A stretch of 64,000 nt of DNA, taken from positions 124,001-188,000 of the forward strand of contig NIVC01000672.1 in assembly GCA_002269645.1 (NCBI GenBank), in the 5' to 3' direction. Position numbers and translations under genes: made by a program. Under the pieces are notes generated by a model. It ran no database searches and was not told the DNA's origin. It saw only the letters and a list, made by a program, of their open reading frames with translations. Source of the DNA: Macrostomum lignano. Lineage: Eukaryota. Positions within the stretch are counted from its first letter, which is position 1. Every line of letters starts with the position of its first letter. Positions 10,615 to 23,300 of the stretch are shown here, piece by piece.

Positions 10615-13600
10615 ATGGAGCACCGCCTGCAGGCGCACCGCCGGCCGTGTGGGGACGGCGATCCGTTCGCTGCGCTGCGCTCCGACGATGCCTACTGCGA
10701 ACCCGCTGCCACCGCTGCTGCTGACGGCCCCGACGAACAAATGGCCGCGCTCGACGCCCTCATCGAAGCCCAGCGGCTGGCGAGACGGAAAATGCAGGAC
10801 CAGATTGACAACCTGCAGGATCAGTATTTGAAGGTTCGAGTCCCAGCTGTGTTCCTGCACCCCAGCTTAACCCCCTGCACCCCAGCTTAACCCCCTGCAC
10901 ACCAGCTTAACCTCTGCACCCCAGCTTAACCCCTGTACCCCAGCTTAACCCCTGCACCCCAGCTTAACCCCATGCACCCCAGCTTAACATCTGCACCCCA
11001 GCTTAACCCCTGCACCCCATCTTAACCCCATGCATCCCAGCTTAACCCCTGTACCCCAGCTTAACCCCTGTACCCCAGCTTAACCCCTGCACCCCAGCTT
11101 AACCCCTGTACCCCAGCTTAACCCCTGCATCCCAGCTTAACCCCATGCACCCCAGCTTAACCCCTGCACCCCAGCTTAACCCCTGTACCCCAGCTTAACC
11201 CCTGTACCCCAGCTTAACCCCATGCACCCCAGCTTAACCCCTGTACCCCAGCTTAACCCCTGTACCCCAGCTTAACCCCTGTACCCCAGCTTAACCCCTG
11301 TACCCCAGCTTAACCCCTGCACCCCAGCTGTGTCCCTGCACCCTGGCTTAACCCCTGCAAGCCTGCACCCCAGCTTAACCCCTGTACCCCAGCTTAACCC
11401 CTGCACCCCAGCTGTGTCCCTGCACCCTGGCTTAACCCCTGCAAGCCTGCACCCCAGCTTAACCCCTGCAAGCCTGCAGTCTCGCTCAAACCTGCCCTGC
11501 CGTCTGCCCGCAGGTCTCCTCAGAGCTGCAGTCGGAACGTCAGAGGCGAACCGCAGCAGCCTTGGATGCCGGCAAACCACAGGAGTTTGAGGCCTTGCGG
11601 GATGAGGTAAGGCAAAATAAAGTCAGATTTAGCCTACTAATAGTAGCATTGTTAAGTTTTCACTCCTTTCAACCAAGAATTCTCATTTTATCATTCTGTC
11701 TTCCTCCTTCCCTCGATCCCAGCTCAGTCGCGAGCGCCACCACAGCCGCTGCCTGACGCAGGAGGCGGCAGCTGCCGCGGTCGCCTTGGCGGAGGCCCGC
11801 GCCGACGCCCAGCAGCAGCGGGTGCTGACCGACTGCACCCTCCGCAGGCTGGAGGCTCTGCGCACCCGCTGCGCTCAGCTGGAGGAGCGGCGCCTGCCAG
11901 CCGGAGAGGAGCCGGAGAGGCTCAAGCGGATCATCGTGAAGATGCTGCAGGAGATCAGGCGGCTGCGGGCAGCCAGCGGTGGAGCTGCTGTGAGTGAACT
12001 GTGAACTGCTCCATTGTCTGGTGTTGCTATGGCGATCCTGTGGTTGCTATGGCGATCCTACGGTTGCTATGGTAATCCTACGGTTGTTATGGTGATCCTA
12101 CAGTTGCTATAGTGATCCTACAGTTGCTATGATGATCCTGCGGTTGCTATGGCGATCATATGGTTGCTGTTATGGTCCTACGGTTGCTATGGTGATCTTT
12201 AGGTTGTTATGGTGTTCCAATGTTTGCTCTGGTGATCATACGGTTGCTATGTCAATCTTGTGGTTGCGATGGTGATCCTACAGTTGCTATGGTGATCCTG
12301 CGGTTGCTATGGTGATCCAACAGTTGCTATGGTGATCCTGCGGTTGCTATGTCAATCTTGTGGTTGCGATGGTGATCCTACAGTTGCTATGGTGATCCTG
12401 CGGTTGCTATGGTGATCCAACATTTGCTATGGTGATCCTGCGGTTGCTATGGTGATCCTACAGTTGCTATGGTGATCCTACAGTTGCTGTGGTGATCCTG
12501 CGGTTGCTATGGTGATCCTACAGTTGCTATGGTGATCATATGGTTGCTATGGTGATCCTATGGTTGCTCTGGTGATCCTACGGTTGCTATGGCGATCATA
12601 TGGTTGCTATGACGATCCCACGGATGCTGTGGTGATCCTACAGTTGCTATCGATTTTCCCAGATTTAATATGGATGGAGATCCTAGAGTTGCTACGAAGT
12701 TCATATGATTGATATGGAGATTCTATAGATACTTTTTGCTATAGAGACTGGTTGCTAGGGTAGATCCGCACTGGTTCCCACTGCAGACGCCGGGCAGCTG
12801 CAAGTCGGCGGAATGCGCCGCCACCCTTCGTTTGGAGCGGCGCAACGCGGAGCGGCTCGCGCAGAAGGTCAAGCGGCTGCAGCTGCTGCTGGCCGCCAAC
12901 GACGCCGCTGCTGAGCCCGCCGCCCCGGCAGCCGCTGCAGCTCCGTCCGCCTCAACCGCTGCCGAGCCGGCGGCAGCTGTGACTGCGTCTTCGGCTTCAG
13001 CCGCGGCTGCGCCAGCGGGGTCGAAGCGGACCGACCGGCGGCCTTTGAGCTCCTCACCGGCGTCTGCCGCCGCTCGGCCGGCGAACCGCGGACCGCCGGC
13101 TCAGCAGCAGCTTCAGAAGGCTCAGCAGGTGAGATGTTAGCAGTGAAGTGGTGAGTGAGTGAAGCTGGGCATTTCTGCTGCTTAATCGCTTGCACCCCCC
13201 GATCTCTTTCTAACTGCGAATAGAAGCCCTCCGCTGCCAGCAAAAATGGCGCTGCGGCAACGGCAAAACGAAGCGCTCGGGGTGCGAGCGCGGCTTCGGG
13301 TGAGTTTTATGGAGGTCAGGGAGGGACAGGTGGGGAGGTAAGGGAGGGGAAGGTGGGGAGGTCAGGGAGGGGAAAGTGGGGAGGTCAGGGAGGGGAAAGT
13401 GGGGAGGTCAGAGAGGGGAAGGTAAGCAGGTCAGGGAGGGGAAGGTAAGCAGGTCAGGGAGGGGAAGGTAAGCAGGTCAGGGAGGGGAAGGTAAGCAGGG
13501 CAGGGAGGGGAAGGTAAGCAGGTCAGGGAGGGGAAGGTAAGCAGGTCAGAGAGGGGAAGGTGGGCAGGTCAGAGAGGGGGAGGTCAGAGATCAGGAGAGG

Positions 13601-14627
13601 GTGTGGGACAGAAGGGAGGCAGACCATACTGTGAAAGGGGGCAGAAGGGAGGCAGATCTTACTGTAAAAGGGTTTCACGTGCTGATCTGGGGAATCAAGC
13701 ACCAGACAGTAAAAAGCCCCCTTCCTGCCCCCCCCTGCTGTCGCCAGCCTCCCCCGGTCGCGGTGCGGCAGCAGCAGCAGCGGCTGGCAGCTCGGAGTCG
13801 CAGCCGGCGCCCAGCGCGCAGGACCTGCTGGACTGGCTGTCCGGCCTGCCCGACCGCTTCAACAAGCAGCTGCAGGCGCTGGTCAGTCCGGAGTCGCCCA
13901 CGGAGCAGGTCGGCCCGGCGCTCCTGGTCGACTGCCCGACGCCGCCGCCTGACGCCGATCTGGAGACCGCCAGCCGCCAGGTGGTGGACTGGCTGGTGCG
14001 CGTCTGGAACGACCGCCTGCAGCGCATCGTGGTGGCCAGCCTCACCCGCAGGCTGCCGCACAGCGCCGGCGGCACCGTGCTGTACTATTTTGTGCAGCAG
14101 CTGCTGGACACCGGCTGCCCCCTGCCGGCCAAGCTCAGGACCGACTTCCTGCGGCGGCTGGACGGCTTTCCGGGAAATGGCCGGCTGAGACAGGACGTGC
14201 ACCAGGTGAGCTGTTGGTTGGGGAGTTCACTCTGTGGATTGGGGAGTTCACTCTGTAGATTGAGGAGTTCACTCTGTAGATTGGGGAGTTCACTCTGTGG
14301 ATTGGGGAGTTCACTCTGTAGATTAGGGAGTTCACTCCGACTCCCTCACAGTCACTAGTTCACTGTTGACTCCATCACGCCCACCCAATCAAACCCTGTC
14401 AGGTGAAGATGCGAGTCCGTCCCATTGCGGTCACCCGGGCTCTGGGCGCCGCCGCTGCCCCCGCCGCCTCCTCGCCAGCCGCCGCAGCCGCTAAGCGGGC
14501 CCAGGGCGGCTCCGCCAGCTCCCGTCGGCCAGCCACGGCGGCGGCCTCGGCGACGCCTCGGACACCGCGGACTGCCGCCGTGGACCCTCAGCTGAAGGCT
14601 CGCCAGGCCAAACAGCAGCCTGGCTGA
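10615..14627 (+). CDS. Multi-exon coiled-coil protein with CTTNBP2/Neuron-navigator-like C-terminal segment
   Basis: Phase-consistent GT-AG exons: 10615-10833, 11514-11606, 11723-11989, 12787-13128, 13224-13299, 13748-14205, 14403-14627. The N-half is heptad-rich. GPALLVDCP...VVDWLVRVWN...VQQLLDTGCPLP resembles the CTTNBP2/NAV C-terminal region as I recall it. The start codon is uncertain. Confidence 0.7.
10855..11480. repeat. Intronic 19-20-bp minisatellite (CCCAGCTTAACCCCTGCAC)
   Basis: Fills intron 1 of the 10615-14627 gene. Confidence 0.95.
12022..12650. repeat. Intronic 21-bp minisatellite (GGTTGCTATGGTGATCCTACA)
   Basis: Fills intron 3. Confidence 0.95.
13312..13600. repeat. Intronic G-rich minisatellite (GCAGGTCAGGGAGGGGAAGGTAA-like)
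   Basis: Starts just after the donor at 13300. Confidence 0.9.
14213..14338. repeat. Intronic 21-bp minisatellite (TTGGGGAGTTCACTCTGTAGA)
   Basis: Six copies after the donor at 14206. Confidence 0.9.
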
Positions 14628-15394
14628 CTGCAGGCTGTCCTCCTTGCCTTCATTTTGCTTGTCCGCCAGTCCGCAGCGCTCCCTGCCTGCTGGCGTTGTC
14701 TGTTTATTTGTTTCCAAGAACTGCCATTCCAGTATAGACAAGATTTCCATTACATTCCGTAAAGATGTTGCAAACCTGCTCAGTCTCCGAGGCCTCATCG
14801 ATCCGTATGCTTTCTTTAATTAATTATTCACAGAACTGAGTCGGGCTATTTTTGTTTTTATTTTATTTTTGTTCGCTATCTCGAGACATTGTGCCACTGT
14901 GCCGTATTTAGTCCGACAGCTCAACTTTTATTATCTGATATTTTCTGCTCATCGGCCAACACTTTGCCAGGTGTGAATGATGGAGTTCATAATCAAATAT
15001 ATGCACCATGTAGGAGACACTTCAGAGCTAAGCTAATCCTTGACATTTTATTGTAATAAAATTTCTCATTTTTTCCTGTTGAAGCGCTTTCGGATACAAG
15101 TCTGCTGCTTTCAGCGTCTTCAGCAGCTTTGCTACTTGCCTGGTTAGTGTTGATGATGCTGCGAGCGAACTGAATTCACTGGCTCGAGGGGGGGGGGGGT
15201 AGCGTGATGCAGAACTTTTTGCCTGTTAGCTGGCTGAACAGTTAAGTTTGGTGATGAAGGCTTGGCTTGGCCAGGGACATCGGAATCCAAGATCTGGACT
15301 GGCAGTAAAAGCCTGATTTTGTTACACAAGGTGTGGCTCGAGTCCAGGACCTGGCAGTTCATCGATGCATTCATTCGTAGCCAGAGTAGCCAGA

Positions 15395-16210
15395 GCGGGG
15401 TCATGGGAGGCAGCCAGAGGGGGTCATGGGAGGCAGCCAGAGGGGGGTCATGGGAGGCAGCCAGAGGGGGTCATGGGAGGCAGCCAGAGGGGGCTCATGG
15501 GAGGCAGCCAGAGGGGGGTCATGGGAGGTAGCCAGAGGGGGGTCATGGGAGGTAGCCAGAGGGGGTCATGGAAGGCAGCCAGAGAGGGTAGGTCATCGAG
15601 GCGTAGTCAGGTGTCATGGGGGGCAGCCAGAAGGGGTCATGGGGGTTATGGAGGCGAGCCAGAGGAAGTCATGAGGGCATAGCCAGAGGGGGTCATGGGG
15701 GGCGAGCCTGGAGTCATGAGGGCATAGCCAGAAGGGGTCATAGGGGGGCGAGCCAGAAGGGGTCATGGGACATGGGGGCGTAGTCAGAGGGAGTCGTGAG
15801 GGAGTAGCCAGAGGAGGTCATGGGGGGCGAGCCTGGAGTCATGAGGGCAAAGCCAGAAGGGGTCATGGGGGGCGAGCCTGGAGTCATGAGGGCAAAGCCA
15901 GAAGGGGTCATGGGGGGCGAGCCTGGAGTCATGAGGGCAAAGCCAGAAGGGGTCATGGGGGGCGAGCCTGGAGTCATGAGGGCATAGCCAGAAGGGGTCA
16001 TGGGGGGCGAGCCTGGAGTCATGAGGGCAAAGCCAGAGGGGGTCATGGGACATGGGGGCGTAGTCAGAGGGAGTCGTGAGGGCATAGCCAGAGGGGTCAT
16101 GCGGGGCGAGCCAGAAGGGGTCAGAGGGGTCATGGGGGCGTAGTCAGAGGGGGTCATGGGAGCGTAGTTAGAGGGAGTCATGGGGGACATAAACCAGGGT
16201 GGTCATGGGG
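15395..16210. repeat. Compound G-rich minisatellite (GGGGTCATGGGAGGCAGCCAGAG and derivatives)
   Basis: Direct reading. It accounts for the repetitive ORFs in the track. Confidence 0.9.
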
Positions 16211-17373
16211 GCGCCCCAATCGGCTGTAAAACCGATGGGGCCCCTTTGCCAACAGTTTTGACGCCCTGATCCCAATTTCAGCAGTTCCCCAGCAACTATT
16301 GTACTTGGCACCCCAATGAAAAATCCAGACTCATGAGTTACTTGACGGCTGGCAAATTTTCTACACTAACAATGTCAGATGACAGTTTTTTATTTAGACG
16401 GTAAAACCCAGACCCAGAGGGCACATAAAATCGAATATTTCGAATTTGATGCGAACTGCATTCGGCCACTTCCTGTAATACATAATAAACACTCGTGAAG
16501 ACCTGCTGCTCCAACACTCTGTGCCCAGCTGTCCCTGCCCGTCAGCACAGCACCGCCGCTATCTCAGGCCTGCATCGATCTGGGCTGGGGTGGCGGGGGC
16601 TGCACCGGCTCTGTGACTCCGCCCTTCCGGAGCCACCGCCAGGGCGTTTGGAATCTCTCAGCACTGGCGCTGCCGGTTGTTAGAAGTAATAACTGGGGGG
16701 TTGTCAGGCTGACGCATCCGCTGCATTGGTGCTGCTTATCGGAGAGCTGCATCTGGGCCGCTGCCCCGCCACCCCCCTCCCCTGTCTAAACAGTCGCAGT
16801 TGCGAATACTCGGATTTATGCGCTGGAAGTCATCTCTCTCTCTCTCTCTCTGCGTGCTGCTCCACTCTGCGGCTCTCCCAGCTGAATTCGCACGCAACCG
16901 AAGGCGGCGCCGATCCTGTTGGAAACTTCGGGGCAAACCAAAGCCAGCCACGGTAAGCTCGGGGCCGCGCAAACTCTGCCTGATTTTTATTCCAATTCCG
17001 CGCCTCAGTTAGAAGAAGTTTCGAATAAAAGAGAAGTTTTCGAACTCGGCTGGAGCTGTGCGCAGTGAGCGAGATCTGCCGCATGCTGGGGTGTCCTCTG
17101 GCTGCCTCCGTTCCCACACAGCCACTGTAGCAGCCCGCGACTGAACAATAATAATATTTTCGCGCTCCAACTGTCTCCTTTAACCCCTCCAACCCGGCTC
17201 GAACTGATATCGAATAGCGCGCCACTGCTGTCTCCCCCCCCCCGACCCGCCAGCCTGGCTGTATCTCCACTCTGACTGGGGTGGCGGCCGAGCTTGAATA
17301 GAACTGAACCTGCAGCCGGCCCTCCATCCTCTCCTGTCGCAGACTTCACCAGCACCAGCCAGCAGCACCAGCG

Positions 17374-20300
17374 ATGAACTGCCACCATCCGGCCATTCAG
17401 CACTCCGCGTCGCCGCTCTGCCATCACGAGGCCTCCGCCGAGGCGGCCGTGGCGGCGGCTGCGGCTGCGGCGGCGGCAGCGGCCAGCAGCCTCTGGGAGC
17501 CGCAGCTGCCAGCGCCGGTCATCTCGGCTGCCACCGGGGCCGGCGGAGGCGGAGCCGGTGGGACTGGCGGCAGCGGCGGTGGCGGTGGCGGCAGCGGTGG
17601 AGGCGCGGCGCACTGCCTGTACCCGGGCGGGCCGCTGCTGGGCCCGGGGCCGCTGGCCATGGCGCCGGGGCTGCTGGCGCAGACCTACCCGCTGCATCTC
17701 CTGCAGCCGCAGCAGGCGCAACTGCAGGCGGCGGCGGCCGCCCACTGGCAGCACCTGCCGCTGGGCGCCGCCGGTGGTGGCGGAGCGGCCGCCGCTGCAG
17801 CCGCCGCCGCCTCCGGCCTGTTCGGCGACGTGCTCGGCGAGCAGCAGGCGGCGGCGGCGGCGGCGGCTGCGGCGGCATCGTGCCAGCAGCTCTGCCTGAT
17901 GCCCGGCTTCGACGTGAGTGACGCTGCAATTAACTGAATTCATTTAGACTACTTATGGAATCGGCAGTAGTATCGGTAGAGTATGGATGCTGAGCTGGAA
18001 GGTCCCGCCCTGCCCGCTCTCCCCGCAGCTGGTGAAGTGGTACAGCGAGAAGCCGCCCTTCGTGCTGGACGGGCGGGTGGCCTGCCTGTACAAGATGCGG
18101 GAGATCGACCGCCGCCTGCACAGCATGGTGCTGTCCGCCGATGCCGAGTTCAACACCATCCTGGCGGAGTACTTGGTGCTCAGGCAGGTGTTCGGTCCCG
18201 ACTACCCGGTGCACGAGAATGTCTTCATCAAGCTGAACAGGAGCAAGGAGGGCGAGCTGGCCAGTGAGCAGCCTGCGGGATCTGGGACTGCGGGATCTGG
18301 GACTGCGGGATCTGGGACTGCGGGATCTGGGACTGCGGGATCTGGGACTGCGGGATCTGGGACTGCGGGATCTGGGACTGCGGGATCTGGGACTGCGGGA
18401 TCTGGGACTGCGGGATCTGGGACTGCGGGATCTGGGACTGCGGGATCTGGGACTGCGGGATCTGGGACTGCGGGATCTGGGACTGCGGGATCTGGGACTG
18501 CGGGATCTGGGACTGCGGGATCTGGGACTGCGGGATCTGGGACTGCGGGATCTGGGACTGCGGGATCTGGGACTGCGGGATCTGGGACTGCGGGATCTGG
18601 GACTGCGGGATCTGGGACTGCGGGATCTGGGACTGCGGGATCTGGGACTGCGGGATCTGGGACTGCGGGATCTGGGACTGCGGGATCTGGGACTGCGGGA
18701 TCTGGGACTGCGGGATCTGGGACTGCGGGATCTGGGACTGCGGGATCTGGGACTGCGGGATCTGGGACTGCGGGATCTGGGACTGCGGGATCTGGGACTG
18801 CGGGATCTGGGACTGCGGGATCTGGGACTGCGGGATCTGGGACTGCGGGATCTGGGACTGCGGGATCTGGGACTGCGGGATCTGGGACTGCGGGATCTGG
18901 GACTGCGGGATCTGGGACTGCGGGATCTGGGACTGCGGGATCTGGGACTGCGGGATCTGGGACTGCGGGATCTGGGACTGCGGGATCTGGGACTGCGGGA
19001 TCTGGGACTGCGGGATCTGGGACTGCGGGATCTGGGACTGCGGGATCTGGGACTGCGGGATCTGGGACTGCGGGATCTGGGACTGCGGGATCTGGGACTG
19101 CGGGATCTGGGACTGCGGGATCTGGGACTGCGGGATCTGGGACTGCGGGATCTGGGACTGCGGGATCTGGGACTGCGGGATCTGGGACTGCGGGATCTGG
19201 GACTGCGGGATCTGGGACTGCGGGATCTGGGACTGCGGGATCTGGGACTGCGGGATCTGGGACTGCGGGATCTGGGACTGCGGGATCTGGGACTGCGGGA
19301 TCTGGGACTGCGGGATCTGGGACTGCGGGATCTGGGACTGCGGGATCTGGGACTGCGGGATCTGGGACTGCGGGATCTGGGACTGCGGGATCTGGGACTG
19401 CGGGATCTTTCGACATAGTTTCTTTAATATACGCGTACTCTCGTTTCAAACCCTCACCCTGAGACCATCTAGTCTCATCCCGAGTCCATCTAGTCTCATC
19501 CCGAGTCCATCTAGTCTCATCCCGAGTCCATCTAGTCTTATCCCGAGTCCATCTAGTCTCACCCCTCACACCACGCCCCTCAGAGTTCATCCACATCTAC
19601 TTCCGAGACCGCAGCGACGCCCAGCTGTACCTGGACAGCGCGCAGCGGGTTGGCGCCCTGGCTCCGTGCTGGTGCAACCCGAAGACCTACTCAAAGCACA
19701 ACGTGTACATCACCTCGCTGCCGTACTTCCTGCTGGCCAAGGACGCGCTGTGCCAGTACATCCGCACCTTCGTTCTGCCCGGCTGCGGCGCCAGGGACCC
19801 CATCAGGCGGGCTCGCGTGGACCCCGACAAGCGCTCCGCCCAGGTGGAGTTCCACCGCAGCGAGGACGCTGAGAGCCTCATCGAGCACTTCCACCGGCAC
19901 ATGGACGCCAACGCCAGGCCCGCCTTCGAGAGCAAGGAGCAGAGGTGAGCGCCTGATGGCTTTTCAGGGATGTATTCAGAATGTATTTATGATGTTTTCA
20001 GGATGCATTTAGGATGTCTTCAGGATGCATTTAGTATGTCTTCAGATGTCTTCAGAATGTATTTATGATGTCTTCAGGATGTCTTCAGGATGCATTTAGG
20101 ATGTCTTCAGGGATGTCTTCGGGATGTCTTCAATATGTCTTCAGGGTGTCTTTAGTCTTCAGGATACCTTCAGGGTGTCTTCAGGGTGTCTTCAGGATGA
20201 CTTCAGGATGCATTTAGGATGTCTTCAGGGATGTCTTCAGGATGCATTTATGACGTCTTCAGGATGTCTTCAGGATGCATTTAGGATGTCTTTAGGATGT

Positions 20301-23300
20301 CTTCAGGGTGCATTTAGGATGTCCTCAGGGATTTCTTCAGGATATGTTTAGAATATCTTCAGGTTGATTTAGGATGTCTTCAGGATGTCTCTCGAATGTC
20401 TTCAGGTTTGGATATGCACATGTTTGAATAGGTTTGAACATGGATATGCATCTTCCAACGCCGGGAAGGCATTGCTTTCAGCAAGGCTTCAGTAATCTTT
20501 CCCTGATCCGCATGATTTCTCAGCAGCTGCTGTCAAAATTTTCCAGAAGCGAGGACTGCCGGAAGCAGGACTGAGGCCTCGGTCGCCCCAGCTTCATCTC
20601 AACTTCATCTCTAAGCCGAACTCTGCAGTGAAATATTGAACAATTTTGTCTAAAATGAAACTACGATGTCTTTAATCTGTTTATTTACGCAAAGACCGCC
20701 CGCCAACGAACCTGGCTGCCTTGTCATCGCCTGATTTGCTATTTAACCTGCTCACTCGGCAGAATGCCCATCAGTGATTGGATTGATTAACTGTACATGC
20801 CAGCCAGCACTTGATCTGCCCCAACCCGCCCCAGCCAATTTGCTTGCTGCTTCGGCGGCCACAGAAACAGAAATTTGTTCTGACGTTCTCTGCCTGCTAA
20901 TCTGTGTCTCTGATGCCCCAGCACCGCCATCATCTCAGCCACTTTCTGAGCCAGCTTCCGACGTGAAATGGCTCGCTCGCCTCGCTTCGCAGTCAATCAC
21001 GATTGATTTGCTAAAAATATGAGAATTTTGCTGAGCCTTGCAACGATTTCTAAGCTGAGTTCTTTGACTTGCGCCCCGTCCAGTTGTTTGTTATTTTCTG
21101 AACCATCTGCACTTGAAATATGATGCGAATGCGTCCGTTCACAAGCCAACCCGCTCCAGTCCCTCTCCATCCTGTTCCGCTCCCTCTCCACCCTGTTCCG
21201 CTCCCTCTCTGCCCTGTTCCGCTCCCTCTCCACCCTGCTCCGCTCCTCTCCGTCTCCAGAGTGTGAACGCTGTAAGTTTTTCCATAAACTACAGATTGAA
21301 AGTGCCGATTTGAATGAGACATATGCTGACACCTAGATACCTAGACACACATACACCTAGATACCTAGGCACACAGACACCTAGATACCTAGGCACACAG
21401 AGACCTAGATACCTAGGCACACAGACACCTACATACCTAGGCACACATACACCTACATACCTAGGCACACAGAGACCTAGATACCTAGGCACACAGACAC
21501 CTACATACCTAGGCACACATACACCTACATACCTAGGCACACAGACACCTAGATACCTAGGCACACATACACCTAGATACCTAGACACACAGACACCTAG
21601 ATACCTAGGCACACAGACACCTAGATACCTAGGCACACAGACACCTAGACACACAGACACCTAGGCACACAGACACCTAGATACCTAGGCACACATACAC
21701 CTAGATACCTAGGCACACATACACCTACATACCTAGGCACACAGACACCTAGATACCTAGGCACACATACACCTAGATACCTAGACACACAGACACCTAG
21801 ATACCTAGGCACACAGACACCTAGATACCTAGACACACAGACACCTAGATACCTAGGCACACAGACACCTAGATACCTAGGCACACATACACCTAGATAC
21901 CTAGACACACAGACACCTAGATACCCAGGCACACATACACCTAGATACCTAGGCACACGTACACCTAGATACCTAGGCACACATACACCTAGATACCTAG
22001 ACACACAGACACCTAGATACCTAGGCACACATACACCTAGATACCTAGACACACAGACACCTAGCTACCTAGACACACAGACACCTAGATACCTAGGCAC
22101 ACAGACACCTAGATATCTAGGCACACATACACCTAGATACCTAGACACACATACACCTAGATACCTAGGCACACATACACCTAGATACCTAGACACACAG
22201 ACACCTAGATACCTAGACACACAGACACCTAGATACCTAGGCACACAGACACCTAGATACCTAGGCACACATACACCTAGATACCTAGACACACATACAC
22301 CTAGATTCTTAGGCACACATACACCTAGATACTTAGGCACACATACACTTAGATACCTAGACACACAGACACCTAGATACCTAGACGCACAGACACCTAG
22401 ATACCTAGGCACACATACACCTAGATACCTAGACACACATACACCTAGATACCTAGGCACACAGACACCTAGATACCTAGGCACACAGACACCTAGATAC
22501 CTAGGCACACATACACCTAGATACCTAGACACACATACACCTAGATACCTAGGCACACAGACACCTAGATACCTAGGCACACAGACACCTAGATACCTAG
22601 GCACACATACACCTAGATACCTAGGCACACAGACACCTAGATACCTAGACACACAGACACCTAGATACCTAGGCACACAGACACCTAGATACCTAGACAC
22701 ACAGACACCTAGATACCTAGGCACACAGACACCTAGATACCTAGGCACACAGACACCTAGATACCTAGACACCAGTACATGTATATATAGGTTATCAACA
22801 TACCAAGACCCAGGCAAACTGATACAAACTTCTATTGAAATATCCCGTACAACACCCATGGCTGCAGTGCTCATTGAAAATACTATTATTAGCCGGCAGA
22901 GTGGCAAGGCAGGCTGGCAGCTACACGTAGAGAGTCTGGGGCAAGAGATGCGGATCTGAGAGCCCAATCAATGAGAAAGAACTTCATCCTGAGTTGAGCA
23001 CTGCTCATTGTTGCCTCATTGCTCCGGCGGCTGCCTCCCGCTGCGTGAAGCTTTCCGCAGTCAGCTGGATTCGCGGGGAGAGGCAGTTGGGAGCTCAGCT
23101 GAGCTCTCTGGGATTAACTTCCTCATCTGAGTTGAACACGACTTCATGAAGCAATTTCTCCTCTCTCTTCTGCCTGAACTGAAGGCCTCTCCCGCCTCCC
23201 ACATCCCCTAATATTTTTGCCAGACGGAGGGGGGCTTGTCAGGCCCTTCCTCCGACTCCGGTTTTAAGCGCAGAAAACTTTTTATTCAGAAGAGCAAGTC

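Noticed and set aside
10855-11480. Telomere-like TTAACCC / TGAACCCT cores here and at 28920-29222
   Set aside because: Embedded in 17-20-bp units with unrelated sequence; not tandem TTAGGG-type arrays.
17987-19596. Long ORFs (AGSGT)n, (DPAVP)n, (LRDLG)n
   Set aside because: Products of a stop-free 15-bp intronic repeat; GT-AG sites flank the array.
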